Of a stretch of 44,435 nucleotides of DNA, positions 27,813 through 38,134 are shown in pieces (within the stretch, counting starts at the first letter, position 1; every line of letters begins with the position of its first letter). Made by a program: the position numbers and the translations under genes. The notes beneath the pieces are model-generated. The model saw only the letters and a list, made by a program, of their open reading frames with translations. It ran no database searches and was not told the origin of the DNA. Source of the stretch: Myxococcota bacterium (GTDB taxonomy: Bacteria; Myxococcota_A; Polyangia; Polyangiales; Sandaracinaceae); assembly GCA_036149055.1 (NCBI GenBank), contig JAYZQJ010000192.1:1-44435 (forward strand), read 5' to 3'.

Positions 27813-27982
27813 CAGCTGGGCGGCACGGGAGTTGATGAGGAGAAGGGCGTGCCCCAAGGGAGCGACGAAAAGCGGGCGTTCGAGGACGCGCGCGACGGGA
27901 TCGAGGAGCGGCAGACGGCCACAGGTGCCGCGCGCTGGCTCACTCCCGCGGGGAGAGATTCCCACGAAGGAGGAGCTAGAGA

Positions 27983-28435
27983 ATGAGAGCCGCTTGGATC
28001 ATCGCCATCGCCGCCCTGGGCGCCGCCGTCACCGGGTGCTCGTCCGAGGTCACGGTCGTCGACGACTCGGACTGCTTCAGTGACGCGGACTGCCCGATCG
28101 ACACGCTCTGCGAAGCGGGCTTCTGCGTCGCCGACGACACCTACGAGGCCTGCAGCACGAGCGGCGACTGCCTGGACACCGCCGACGACTGCTTCGACGT
28201 CGAGATCGTCGCGGCCGGGACCAAGGGTCGCTTCTGCACGAACACCTGCAGCGACGACGCGCAGTGCCAGCCGGCGAACGGCTTCGGCGGCGTCTGCTAC
28301 GCGCTCGAGGCCGACCCGACCTTCCTCTGCTACCAGCAGTGCGACTTCGACGAGGACTGCTACCTCGGCAGCGTCTGCACGGAGGTCGGGCTCGGCGGCG
28401 GAGTCGTCGACTTCATCTGCACGCCGAATAACTGA
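27983..28435 (+). CDS. Cys-rich lipoprotein
   Basis: AGGAGG RBS, lipobox VTGC, repeated CxxDxDC motifs. Confidence 0.85.
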   Translation: MRAAWIIAIAALGAAVTGCSSEVTVVDDSDCFSDADCPIDTLCEAGFCVADDTYEACSTSGDCLDTADDCFDVEIVAAGTKGRFCTNTCSDDAQCQPANGFGGVCYALEADPTFLCYQQCDFDEDCYLGSVCTEVGLGGGVVDFICTPNN

Positions 28436-28571
28436 GGTTCTTGGTGGGTTTGGTGAAAACCCTCCCCCCATTGGGCAACGCGCCAATGGGGCCCCCCCCC
28501 CGACTCCGTCGGGGCCTCGCGCTTTTCGCGCGCTGGCCCCGCGACCCCAGCGACGGGGCGCTGGGGCCCCT

Positions 28572-28735
28572 GCGGCTCGCGCTCGCGCTGCGCGCTCGCT
28601 GGCCGCCCGCTGCCGCGGAATCGGACGACTCGAGTGGCGCGTGCGGCGACCTTGCTGCACTCGTCGCCTGCCGTTGCCTCGGTCAGCGTCGTGGAAGGGG
28701 GCGGGGGTGCCCCGGCGCCATTGTTTGCCACCTCT
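28572..28735. repeat. Dispersed 164-bp intergenic repeat, copy 1
   Basis: Aligns by eye with 44211-44374 at roughly 85% identity, same orientation, identical 3' end GGGCGGGGGTGCCCCGGCGCCATTGTTTGCCACCTCT. Confidence 0.9.
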
Positions 28736-28744
28736 TCAGCTCGG

Positions 28745-29362
28745 TCAGCGCCGCTCGCTGCGGTGCACGAGGCGCGGGGCGTCGAGCGCGGGCGGCTCGG
28801 GGCGCGGATCGTGATCGACGATGAAGCCCAGGTTGGCGGCGTTGATCCACACGTGCGCGAGGATCGGTCCCAGGAGTGATCCCGTCGCGCCGTGAAGCGC
28901 GCCGAGCGCGAAGCCCATCGCCATCGCCCAGACCGTCCAGGGCCAGAGATCGCGCCGCGGCGCCACGTGCACGAGCCCGAAGAGGATCGAGGTGGCGACG
29001 AACCCGAGGGAGGGCTGCAGCGCGCCGCGGAAGAAGATCTCCTCGCCGATCCCGCTGGCGAGCGCGATCGCGATCACGGTCCGGCGGTCCAGCCCGCCGA
29101 GCAGCTCGCGGAACGAGACGTGGAGGCGCTCCGCCCAGGCGAAGCGCTTCACCCACCAGCGCGTGAGGCCGATCGTCGACAGCGCGAGGGCGGCCCCGCC
29201 GGCCAGCGAGGCGCCGTGATGCCAGAGCGGATCGAGGCCGAGCCACGGCTCCGGGTGGACCAGGACGAGCGGCCGCCCGACGAACGCAGCCCACCCGACG
29301 CCGATCGCGGTCAGGGTGACGTAAACCGCCACCGTGTTGAGAAGGATACGTCGTCGACTCAC
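28745..29362 (-). CDS. CPBP (CAAX/Abi) family intramembrane metalloprotease
   Basis: GEEIFFRG, FGLVH and HVWIN motifs within hydrophobic segments. Confidence 0.92.
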   Translation of the reverse strand: MSRRRILLNTVAVYVTLTAIGVGWAAFVGRPLVLVHPEPWLGLDPLWHHGASLAGGAALALSTIGLTRWWVKRFAWAERLHVSFRELLGGLDRRTVIAIALASGIGEEIFFRGALQPSLGFVATSILFGLVHVAPRRDLWPWTVWAMAMGFALGALHGATGSLLGPILAHVWINAANLGFIVDHDPRPEPPALDAPRLVHRSERR

Positions 29363-29434
29363 GGAGATTTGATGTTACAAACGCGCTGTGAAAGCGGCGG
29401 CCCCGTCCGACTGGCCGCCGCCCATCCCCCGCCG

Positions 29435-30928
<1,494 letters not shown>

Positions 30929-30938
30929 GCGCGCCCGG

Positions 30939-31874
30939 TCACGACTCGATGCGGATCCGGATCCGGTAGGGCGCGCACGAGGCGCCCCAGGTCGACGACG
31001 TGACGCGGATGTAGAGGTCGCCGCTGTCGTTCGAGCTGAACGCCCGGTCGCAGTCCGCGTCGATGCGGACCGTCTCGCTGGTGGTGCCGCTGCTCGCCGA
31101 CGCGCAGCCGTTGCCGAGCATGTTGTCGGGCATGCCCGCGCCGCAGCTCGAGTTCTCCCCGCCGCTGTCGCAGACGTAGTAGGCCGCGAGGTCGTAGTTC
31201 GAGCCCGTCGGGATCTGGTCCAGGGTGACGGTGATGCTCGGGTTGTCGAGGCCGGTGTCCTCGACGGAGAAGCGCACCCAGTCCTCGTCGTCCGCCTCGT
31301 CGAGGTTCCACGCGTCGTAGGTGCGCTCCCAGGTGTTCGTGTCGGGGGCGCTGTCGATCATCGGGGCGCCGCTCGGGCCGTCGTTCGGCTCCTCGGCGTC
31401 GGGGCTGCACGCGCAGACGCCGTCGATGCAGTCGCCGTCGCCCATGCAGGTGCCGCAGTCGAGCGTCATGCCGCACCCGTCGTCGGGCGCGCCGCACATG
31501 AAGCCCATGTCCTCGCAGGTCCGCGCCTCACACACGCACTCACCGTCGACGAGCCGGAACGGGAGCTCGCACCCGATCGTGCAGGTCCCGTCGTCGGCGC
31601 ACGCGGCCACCCCATCGGGCGGCATGGGGCAGGGCTCGCCGCACCCCAGCCGGCAGCCGTTCATCGGCTCGTTGGCGAGGTCGTCGATGCACCCCCCGCC
31701 GCACTCGTGCTGCCCGCTCGGGCACCCGGCCACGCCGCTGTCCCGGACCACCCCGCTGTCGCTCGGAGGCGCCGTCCCGGAGTCGGCCCCGGCGTCGACC
31801 TGGTCACCGCCCTCGGCGCAGCCGATCAAGAGAGCGAAGGAGAGCAGCGGAGCGACGAAGCGAAGCATGTCCAT
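30939..31874 (-). CDS. Cys-rich lipoprotein with C-terminal PPC-like beta domain
   Basis: MDMLRFVAPLLSFALLIGC lipobox; DAG/DSG linker; CGGxC and DGCG repeats; EPND...DEDWVRF...YDL. Confidence 0.82.
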   Translation of the reverse strand: MDMLRFVAPLLSFALLIGCAEGGDQVDAGADSGTAPPSDSGVVRDSGVAGCPSGQHECGGGCIDDLANEPMNGCRLGCGEPCPMPPDGVAACADDGTCTIGCELPFRLVDGECVCEARTCEDMGFMCGAPDDGCGMTLDCGTCMGDGDCIDGVCACSPDAEEPNDGPSGAPMIDSAPDTNTWERTYDAWNLDEADDEDWVRFSVEDTGLDNPSITVTLDQIPTGSNYDLAAYYVCDSGGENSSCGAGMPDNMLGNGCASASSGTTSETVRIDADCDRAFSSNDSGDLYIRVTSSTWGASCAPYRIRIRIES

Positions 31875-31904
31875 CGAGTTTCGCCGCGCCCACCGGCCGG
31901 AGCA

Positions 31905-31978
31905 AGGCCCTCCGCGTGAAGGGCGCGCACACCAGGCCCTCCCGGTGAAGGGCGGGCAGGCCCTCCGCGTGAGGGGCG
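31905..31978. repeat. Three near-identical 21-bp palindromic repeats
   Basis: AGGCCCTCCGCGTGAAGGGCG-like copies at 31905, 31934 and 31958. Confidence 0.85.
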
Positions 31979-32091
31979 GGCAGGCCAGGGAGAGGGGAGG
32001 GGGGAGGCGAGGAGGAAGCGTCGCTTCGCGCCGCGATGCTCGCCGGCCACGGGATGGCGCCCCGCCACCGCCGTCACGAGGTGGCCCGCCG

Positions 32092-32350
32092 CCATCCCGC
32101 CGCCCGCCCCTCGCCTTTGCGTCTTTGCGTCTTTGCGTAAAAGAAAAGACTGACGCCGAGCCGGCAGCCGCCGTCCGAGCCCCGGCGTGCCGCCATCCCG
32201 CCGCCATCTCTGCGCCTCTGCGCCTCTGCGAGAGGCAAAAAGACTCGCGCCGAACCCGCGGCCGTCTCCGAGCCCCGGCGCGTCTCCATCCCGCCGCCCG
32301 CTTCTCTCTTTGCGGCTTCGCGGCTTTGCGAGAGCAAAAAAGACCGACGC
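32092..32350. repeat. Three tandem ~95-100-bp units, each with a triplicated octamer
   Basis: CCATCCCGCCGCC at 32092, 32193 and 32286; (CTTTGCGT)3, (CTCTGCGC)3 and (CTTYGCGG)3; each followed by an A-rich tract and GAC. Confidence 0.88.
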
Positions 32351-32375
32351 TGCGCGACCGCACGAGAGACGACGC

Positions 32376-32403
32376 GGGCACGGGCAGGGGCACGGGCACG
32401 GGC
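32376..32403. repeat. Hexamer microsatellite (GGGCAC) x ~5
   Basis: gggcac gggcag gggcac gggcac gggc just past the acyl-CoA dehydrogenase stop codon. Confidence 0.75.
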
Positions 32404-32420
32404 GTGTCGCCGCGGTGCGG

Positions 32421-34145
32421 CTACACGATGTCGAAGGGATAGCCGCCGTCTTCGTACGTCTGGGCGGCGATGGCCTTCAGCAGCTCGTCGCTGTCGCGCT
32501 CCATGTGTCCCAGACGATCCTCGAGGCGGCCCTTCGCCAGGGTCGCGAAGGCGTTCGTCAGGTTCAGCTCGCGGGCCGCGCCGGACTCGCCCTTCTGCTC
32601 GATCGCGCGGGTCGTGCGGCTCAGCACCGAGGCGAGGGCGTAGAGATCGATGGCCGCGTCGGCGATGCGCTTCTGCACGAACTGCATCTCCGCGATGTCG
32701 CGCCCGTGCTTGCGGAGGACCTGCTCCGAGCGCTGGGCGAGCTCCGCGGACGCCTCCTCGAAGATGACCGCCTCGGCCCGGAGCGCCGGGTGGACGCGCT
32801 CGAGGCGCTCGCGCCGGACCAGGCTGCGGGCCTTGTGGATCGCGAAGTCCTGCAGGATGCCGAAGCCCTTGATCGGCTCGCGCATCGCCTTGGCGACCTC
32901 GGCGAGCTGCTTGCCCGGGCTCTGCATCCCGCTCAGCGCGATGAAGGCGCGGAGGATCTCGTTGGTGCCCTCGAAGATCAGGTTGATGCGCGCGTCGCGC
33001 AGCATCCGCTCGTACGGGTACTCGGCCATGTAGCCGATGCCCGCCGCGATCTGCAGCGTCTCGTTGACCACGTACCAGAGCGTCTCGGAGCCGTAGACCT
33101 TGCAGATGGCGCTCTCGAGCGAGTAGTCGTGCACGCCCTCGTCGATGAGCCCGGTGGTCAGGTACGTCATCGACTCGAGCGCGTAGGTCTCGGCCGTCAT
33201 CCGGGCGATCTTCTCCTTGATCATCCCGAACTCGCCGATCGGCCGCCCGAACGCCTTCCGCTCCTGCACGCGCTCGGTGCTCATCTGGATGAGCTTCTTG
33301 GACGAGCCGAGGCAGCCCGACGCGAGACCGAGCCGGCCGCTGTTGAGCACCTGCATCGCGACCTTGAAGCCGCGCCCCGGCTCCCCGAGCACGTTCTCGA
33401 CGGGGACCTTCACGTTGTCGAAGAAGATCTCGGTGGTGCTCGAGCCGCGGATGCCGAGCTTGTCCTCGGCCGGGCCGTGGGTGAGCCCCTCGGTGCGATC
33501 GACGATGAGCGCGGTGATGCGCGGCTTCACCCCGGGATCGGGGGCGCTGGTGCGCGCGAACACCGTGAACACGTCGGCGTATGCGCCGTTGGTGATCCAG
33601 ATCTTCGAGCCGTTGAGCAGGTAGTGGCTGCCGTCGTCGGACAGCTCGGCGCGGGTCGTGATGGAGGCGGCGTCGCTGCCCGCGCCCGGCTCGGTGAGCG
33701 CGAAGGCCGCGACCTTCTCGCCGGTCGCGAGGGTGGGGAGGTACTTGGCCTTCTGCTCCTCGGTGCCGAAGAGCAGGATGCCCTTGAGCCCGATCGACTG
33801 GTGCGCGCCGATGGTCACCGCGAGCGACGCGTCGATGGCGCCCATCTCCTGCATGACCCGGGCGTACGCGGTGGCGCTGAGCCCGAAGCCGCCGTGCTCC
33901 TCTTCGATGGAGAGCCCGAAGAGGCCCAGCTCCTTCATCTTCTCGAGGAGCGCGTCGGGGATGACGTGCTCGCGGTCGATCTTCGCGGCGTCCACCTCGG
34001 CGTCGGCGAACTTCCGGATGTTGTCGAGGACGAGGGCGACGTTCTCCTTCTCCTCGGGCTTCATCTCCGGGTAGGGGAACACCAGGTTCTCTTCGATGAG
34101 CCCGTGGAACAGGGACTTCATGAAGCTGCGGTCTTCGGCGCTCAT
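32421..34145 (-). CDS. Acyl-CoA dehydrogenase (ACAD9/VLCAD-like)
   Basis: AHQSIG, FALTEPGAGSDA, LNGSKIWITNG, KLGIRGS, RDARINLIFEGTNEILR, plus a C-terminal extension. Confidence 0.96.
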   Translation of the reverse strand: MSAEDRSFMKSLFHGLIEENLVFPYPEMKPEEKENVALVLDNIRKFADAEVDAAKIDREHVIPDALLEKMKELGLFGLSIEEEHGGFGLSATAYARVMQEMGAIDASLAVTIGAHQSIGLKGILLFGTEEQKAKYLPTLATGEKVAAFALTEPGAGSDAASITTRAELSDDGSHYLLNGSKIWITNGAYADVFTVFARTSAPDPGVKPRITALIVDRTEGLTHGPAEDKLGIRGSSTTEIFFDNVKVPVENVLGEPGRGFKVAMQVLNSGRLGLASGCLGSSKKLIQMSTERVQERKAFGRPIGEFGMIKEKIARMTAETYALESMTYLTTGLIDEGVHDYSLESAICKVYGSETLWYVVNETLQIAAGIGYMAEYPYERMLRDARINLIFEGTNEILRAFIALSGMQSPGKQLAEVAKAMREPIKGFGILQDFAIHKARSLVRRERLERVHPALRAEAVIFEEASAELAQRSEQVLRKHGRDIAEMQFVQKRIADAAIDLYALASVLSRTTRAIEQKGESGAARELNLTNAFATLAKGRLEDRLGHMERDSDELLKAIAAQTYEDGGYPFDIV

Positions 34146-35914
34146 GGGGCCTCCGGTCGGGGTTCGGGGGGCTGACTGCCGGGCGACAGCTCCGGCTCGT
34201 CCGCGCTCTCGTCACGGCTCTCGGCTTCCCGGGCGTCGGCCTCGGCGCGGGCCTTGGCCACCTCCTCCTCGGTCGCGGAGCCGGGGAGGGGCAAGCCGCC
34301 TTCGGTGCCGTCGTTCTTCTTCTCTTGCCAGGGGTACTTGATGCGGCTGTGGTAGATGCTGCACAGCGAATCGACCACCTGGTTGGCGATCGTGCGGAGC
34401 TCCTGGAGGGTGAGCCCGGACTCGTCGAGCTGGCCCTGGCGGAGCTTCACGAAGATGATGCGCTGCACCATCTCCTCGAACTTGTCCCGCTCCGGCGGGT
34501 CGATGGTGCGCGAGGCCGCCTCGATGGAGTCGACCAGCATGAGGATGGCCGTCTCCTTGGTGCGCGGGCGCATGCCCGGGTAGCGGAAGAAGCTCTCGTC
34601 GCGCTCCCGCGGGTTCCCCTGCTCCAGGGTCTTGTGCCAGAAGTACTCGATGACGCTGGTGCCGTGATGGGTGTAGGCGAACTCCACGACCGGCTCGGGG
34701 ATGCCGCCCCGGCGAAGGATGTTCACCCCCTCCACCACGTGCGCCATGATCGCGTCGGCGCTGAGGTCCGGCGGGATCTCCCGGTGGGGCGTCGGCTCCC
34801 CGGGCTGCAGGTTCTCGACGAAGTACTTCGCCTGACAGCTCTTGCCGAGGTCGTGATAGTAGGCGCCGACCCGGGTGAGCAGCGCGTCGGCGCCGATCGC
34901 GTTGGCCGCCGCCTCCGCGAGGTTCGCCATCGCGCGCGAGTGCTCCCACGAGCCCGGCGCCTCCTTCGCGATCTTCTTGAGGAGCGGCTGATCCAGATCC
35001 GACAGCTCGACCAGCTTGGCCCGGCTCACCGCGCCGAGGACCATCACCGCGAGCCCGGAGGCCGCCCACGCGACCACGCCGGAGAGCAGCCCGCCCACGA
35101 TCGAGGCGAGGAGCGCGGACTCGGCCGGCGCGCGGAGCTCGGCGCCGAGGTCGAAGCCCCCGTCGAAGATGACCCGCGCGGCCACGTAGACCCCGGCGCC
35201 GGCCACGGCGGCCGCGACCCCGGATTGCACGATGCGCGCGTTGTTCTTCTTGTCCCCGAGCACCAGGACCGCGGTGATGCTGGTGGCCAGGTAGACGGCC
35301 GCGACCGCGAGCCGGAAGGCCACCAGCGAGGCGGCCAGGAACGCCATCGCGAGGCCGACCATCAGCGCCGTGCGCCGATCGAGGAACAGCGCCGCCCACA
35401 GGCTCATCGCCGCCACGGGCACGACGTGGGCCGGGAACGGCGTGAGCAGGAGGAAGACCTTGGCCGCCAGCAAGAGCGCCAGCGCGAGCGCCATCAACCC
35501 GAGCTGGGTGCGGAGGAGCGCGCCGCGGCCGGGGCTGAGCCCGCGCAGGTACGCGGTCAGCATCATCGCGATGAGGAAGTAGACGAACCACAGCCCGAGC
35601 AGGTCCGCGCCGTCCGGCGGGCGCCGGCCGTCCTCGTAGGCCCGCACCAGGCTGGCCAGCTCCGGCTCGCTCACCGTCTCGCCCCGGGCGACGATGGGCG
35701 CGCGCGCCTCGAGGTGGATCGAGGACGAGTCGTCGCCGGTGCGCATCAACCGGGTCCACGGGATCCGGAGGGTCACCGGCGCGGGATCCCCCGGCTGCAC
35801 GCGCGAGGGCTCCACGAAGGTCTCCGCGCGGTTCACGAAGACCATCAGGGTGGCGAAGGCGGCGCTCACGACCAGAACGGTCGCCATCGTCGCGATGATC
35901 CGGGTGCGAAGCAT
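34142..35914 (-). CDS. 7TM-HD (HDIG) membrane phosphohydrolase, PgpH-like
   Basis: Multi-TM region followed by APGSWEHS, YYHDLGK, HHGTS, FRYPG.RP, MLVDSIEAASR. Confidence 0.92.
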   Translation of the reverse strand: MLRTRIIATMATVLVVSAAFATLMVFVNRAETFVEPSRVQPGDPAPVTLRIPWTRLMRTGDDSSSIHLEARAPIVARGETVSEPELASLVRAYEDGRRPPDGADLLGLWFVYFLIAMMLTAYLRGLSPGRGALLRTQLGLMALALALLLAAKVFLLLTPFPAHVVPVAAMSLWAALFLDRRTALMVGLAMAFLAASLVAFRLAVAAVYLATSITAVLVLGDKKNNARIVQSGVAAAVAGAGVYVAARVIFDGGFDLGAELRAPAESALLASIVGGLLSGVVAWAASGLAVMVLGAVSRAKLVELSDLDQPLLKKIAKEAPGSWEHSRAMANLAEAAANAIGADALLTRVGAYYHDLGKSCQAKYFVENLQPGEPTPHREIPPDLSADAIMAHVVEGVNILRRGGIPEPVVEFAYTHHGTSVIEYFWHKTLEQGNPRERDESFFRYPGMRPRTKETAILMLVDSIEAASRTIDPPERDKFEEMVQRIIFVKLRQGQLDESGLTLQELRTIANQVVDSLCSIYHSRIKYPWQEKKNDGTEGGLPLPGSATEEEVAKARAEADAREAESRDESADEPELSPGSQPPEPRPEAP

Positions 35915-35991
35915 GGGCGCGCCAGCGGGCGGGGTCCCCGCCGAGCCCCGGGTGTAGCTCGCGGGAGCCGTTCAATTCAAGGACAGCCGCG

Positions 35992-37539
35992 GTGACGACT
36001 CCCCGAACGAGGACGCTCGCGGCCCCCGCCATCGCCGCCTCCGCGGTGCTCGCGATCGGCCTCGCCGCCTGGCCGTACACGGTGGACGACGCCTTCGTGC
36101 TCGCCCGCTACGCCGCGCGGCTGGCCGCTGGCGACGGCTGGACGATGAACGACGGCCCCCCGACCGACGGCGTGACCGGTCCCCTCGGCCTGGTCCCCGG
36201 CGTCGTCGCCGCGCTCCTCGGCCGCGATCCGGTGTTCGCCTCGAAGCTCACCGGCCTCCTCTGCGCCGCCCTCGCCGCGGCCCTCGTCGCCCGCCGCGCC
36301 GCGCCCTTCACTCCGATCGGCGCCCTGCTCCCCCTCCTTCTCGCGTCGCCCCTGCTCGCGGTGTGGTCGGTCGCCGGCCTCGAGACCGGGGTCGCCGTGC
36401 TCGCCGCTTCGATCGGCGCCGTGGCTGCCCTCGGCTCGGTCGCTCCCGACTCGCGGGAAGGGAGGAAGGGTGGAAACGAGGAGGAAGAGGAAGGAGAGGA
36501 AGAAGAGGAGGGGAGGGGGGCGGGCCCGGCAACGGACCCAGCAACGGACCCGGACGCGGATTCGGTCTCGGCGAGCAAGGGAGCTCGGGGGCGGGCGGTG
36601 GCGCTGGGGGTGAGCGTGGGCTGCCTCGCCTGGCTGCGCCCCGAGCTCGCCCCGTTCTGCCTCGTGCTCCTCCTGTCTCTCCGCAGCCACCGCCGCTGGG
36701 CCTGGGGGCTCGCGCTCGCTGGGGCCGCCTCGGTGGTGTTCTTCCGGCTGAGCCTCTTCGGGCACGTGCTGCCGCTCGCGGCGGCGGCGAAGCCCGCCGA
36801 TCTGGGGAACGGGTTCGGCTACGTGGCCCGGGCGCTGGTGGTGGTGTTCGGGCTCGGCGGAGCGGCGCCGGTGGTCCTCGCGGCGAGGGAGGATCCCGCG
36901 CGGCGACCGCTCGCCCTCGCGCTCGGCGCGCACCTGGTCGCGGTCGCGCTCGCCGGCGGGGACTGGATGCCGGGCTTCCGCCTGTTCGCGCCCGTGCTCC
37001 CGGCGTACGCGCTCGTCGCGTCGGGGGCGGTCGCGCGCCGGCTGCCCGGCTGGAGGGGCTGGGCGCTGCTCGCCGGGGCGACCGCGATCCCCCTGGCCAG
37101 CCACGCCTTCGTGCTGCCGCTGGCGCGCGACGCCGGCGAGGCCCGGGAGGAGGCGGGGGCGGAGCTCGCGGACTGGCTCGCCGCGCACGGGACACGCGTC
37201 GCCCTCGTCGACATCGGCTACCTCGGCTGGCGCTCGGGGCTGGAGGTGGTCGACCTCGGCGGCATCACCGATCCGGAGGTCGCGCGCGCGCCGGGAGGCC
37301 ACGTCGCCAAGGCGCTCGACGTCGGCTGGTTGGCCGCCCGCGACCCGGATCTCTTCGTGCTCAGCAGCCGGATCGCCCCGCGGGTCTCCGAGGACGGGCA
37401 GCTCGTGTCGTTCCTCGGCCACCCGGTCGAGCACCGCGTCGCCCGGACCGCGTGGTTCCGTGCGCGCTACAGGGTGGCGCGGGTGGTGCGCTACTCGCCC
37501 AGCACCACGTACGTCGTCCTCGCGCGCCGCGGCCGTTGA
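35992..37539 (+). CDS. Polytopic membrane protein, GT-C-type glycosyltransferase-like
   Basis: TVDDAFVLARYA, GLET, RPE, GGDWMPGFR, DIGYLG, VVDLGGITD. Confidence 0.75.
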   Translation: MTTPRTRTLAAPAIAASAVLAIGLAAWPYTVDDAFVLARYAARLAAGDGWTMNDGPPTDGVTGPLGLVPGVVAALLGRDPVFASKLTGLLCAALAAALVARRAAPFTPIGALLPLLLASPLLAVWSVAGLETGVAVLAASIGAVAALGSVAPDSREGRKGGNEEEEEGEEEEEGRGAGPATDPATDPDADSVSASKGARGRAVALGVSVGCLAWLRPELAPFCLVLLLSLRSHRRWAWGLALAGAASVVFFRLSLFGHVLPLAAAAKPADLGNGFGYVARALVVVFGLGGAAPVVLAAREDPARRPLALALGAHLVAVALAGGDWMPGFRLFAPVLPAYALVASGAVARRLPGWRGWALLAGATAIPLASHAFVLPLARDAGEAREEAGAELADWLAAHGTRVALVDIGYLGWRSGLEVVDLGGITDPEVARAPGGHVAKALDVGWLAARDPDLFVLSSRIAPRVSEDGQLVSFLGHPVEHRVARTAWFRARYRVARVVRYSPSTTYVVLARRGR

Positions 37540-37555
37540 TGGCACTCTCCGGTGC

Positions 37556-38128
37556 GTGGCGGACACCATCGCGCCCGGCTTCCTCGTCGCCTCCCCCGCG
37601 CTGCGCGACCCCAACTTCGTGCGCTCGGTGGTGGTCGTGGTGGAGCACGGCGACGACGGCTCCCTCGGCTTCGTGGTCAACCGCCCGGCGCCCGTCTCGT
37701 TCGAGCAGGTGAGCGAGCTGCTCGGGCTCGACCTGGCCGAGGAGCGCTCCCTGCCGACGCCCGTCTACACCGGGGGGCCGGTGGCGCCGCAGTCCGGGTG
37801 GATCCTCTTCGACCCGGCGGGCGTGGACCCCGACCTGCTCGAGGACGCGGTGCAGATCAGCGACCGCGTGGCGGTCAGCGCGTCGAGGCACCTGCTCGAC
37901 ACCATCGCGGGCGGCGACGGCCCGGACCGGAGGTTGCTCGCGCTCGGCTACGCGGGCTGGGCCGCGGGGCAGCTCGACGGCGAGTTCAGCCGTGGCGTCT
38001 GGATCCCGGTCGACCTGGACGACGAGATCATCTTCGAGACGCCGGCAGAAGATCGATGGCACGCCGCGTTGACCAGCGCGGGCATCGACCCGGCGCGCAT
38101 GAGCGGCGGCGGCGGCTTCAGCGCCTGA
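37556..38128 (+). CDS. YqgE/AlgH family protein
   Basis: LVASPALRDPNFVRSV, GFVVNRP, GGPV, LGYAGWAAGQLDGE. Confidence 0.93.
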   Translation: MADTIAPGFLVASPALRDPNFVRSVVVVVEHGDDGSLGFVVNRPAPVSFEQVSELLGLDLAEERSLPTPVYTGGPVAPQSGWILFDPAGVDPDLLEDAVQISDRVAVSASRHLLDTIAGGDGPDRRLLALGYAGWAAGQLDGEFSRGVWIPVDLDDEIIFETPAEDRWHAALTSAGIDPARMSGGGGFSA

Positions 38129-38134
38129 GGGGGC

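Noticed and set aside
28360..28731. Two ORFs starting MANNGAGAPPP (here and at 44370) that look like a protein family
   Set aside because: The shared start is just the translation of the dispersed 164-bp repeat; the frames diverge and run antisense into real genes.
31905..32403. Possible CRISPR array
   Set aside because: The units are degenerate, the intervening sequences resemble each other, spacing is irregular and there are no cas genes in the window.
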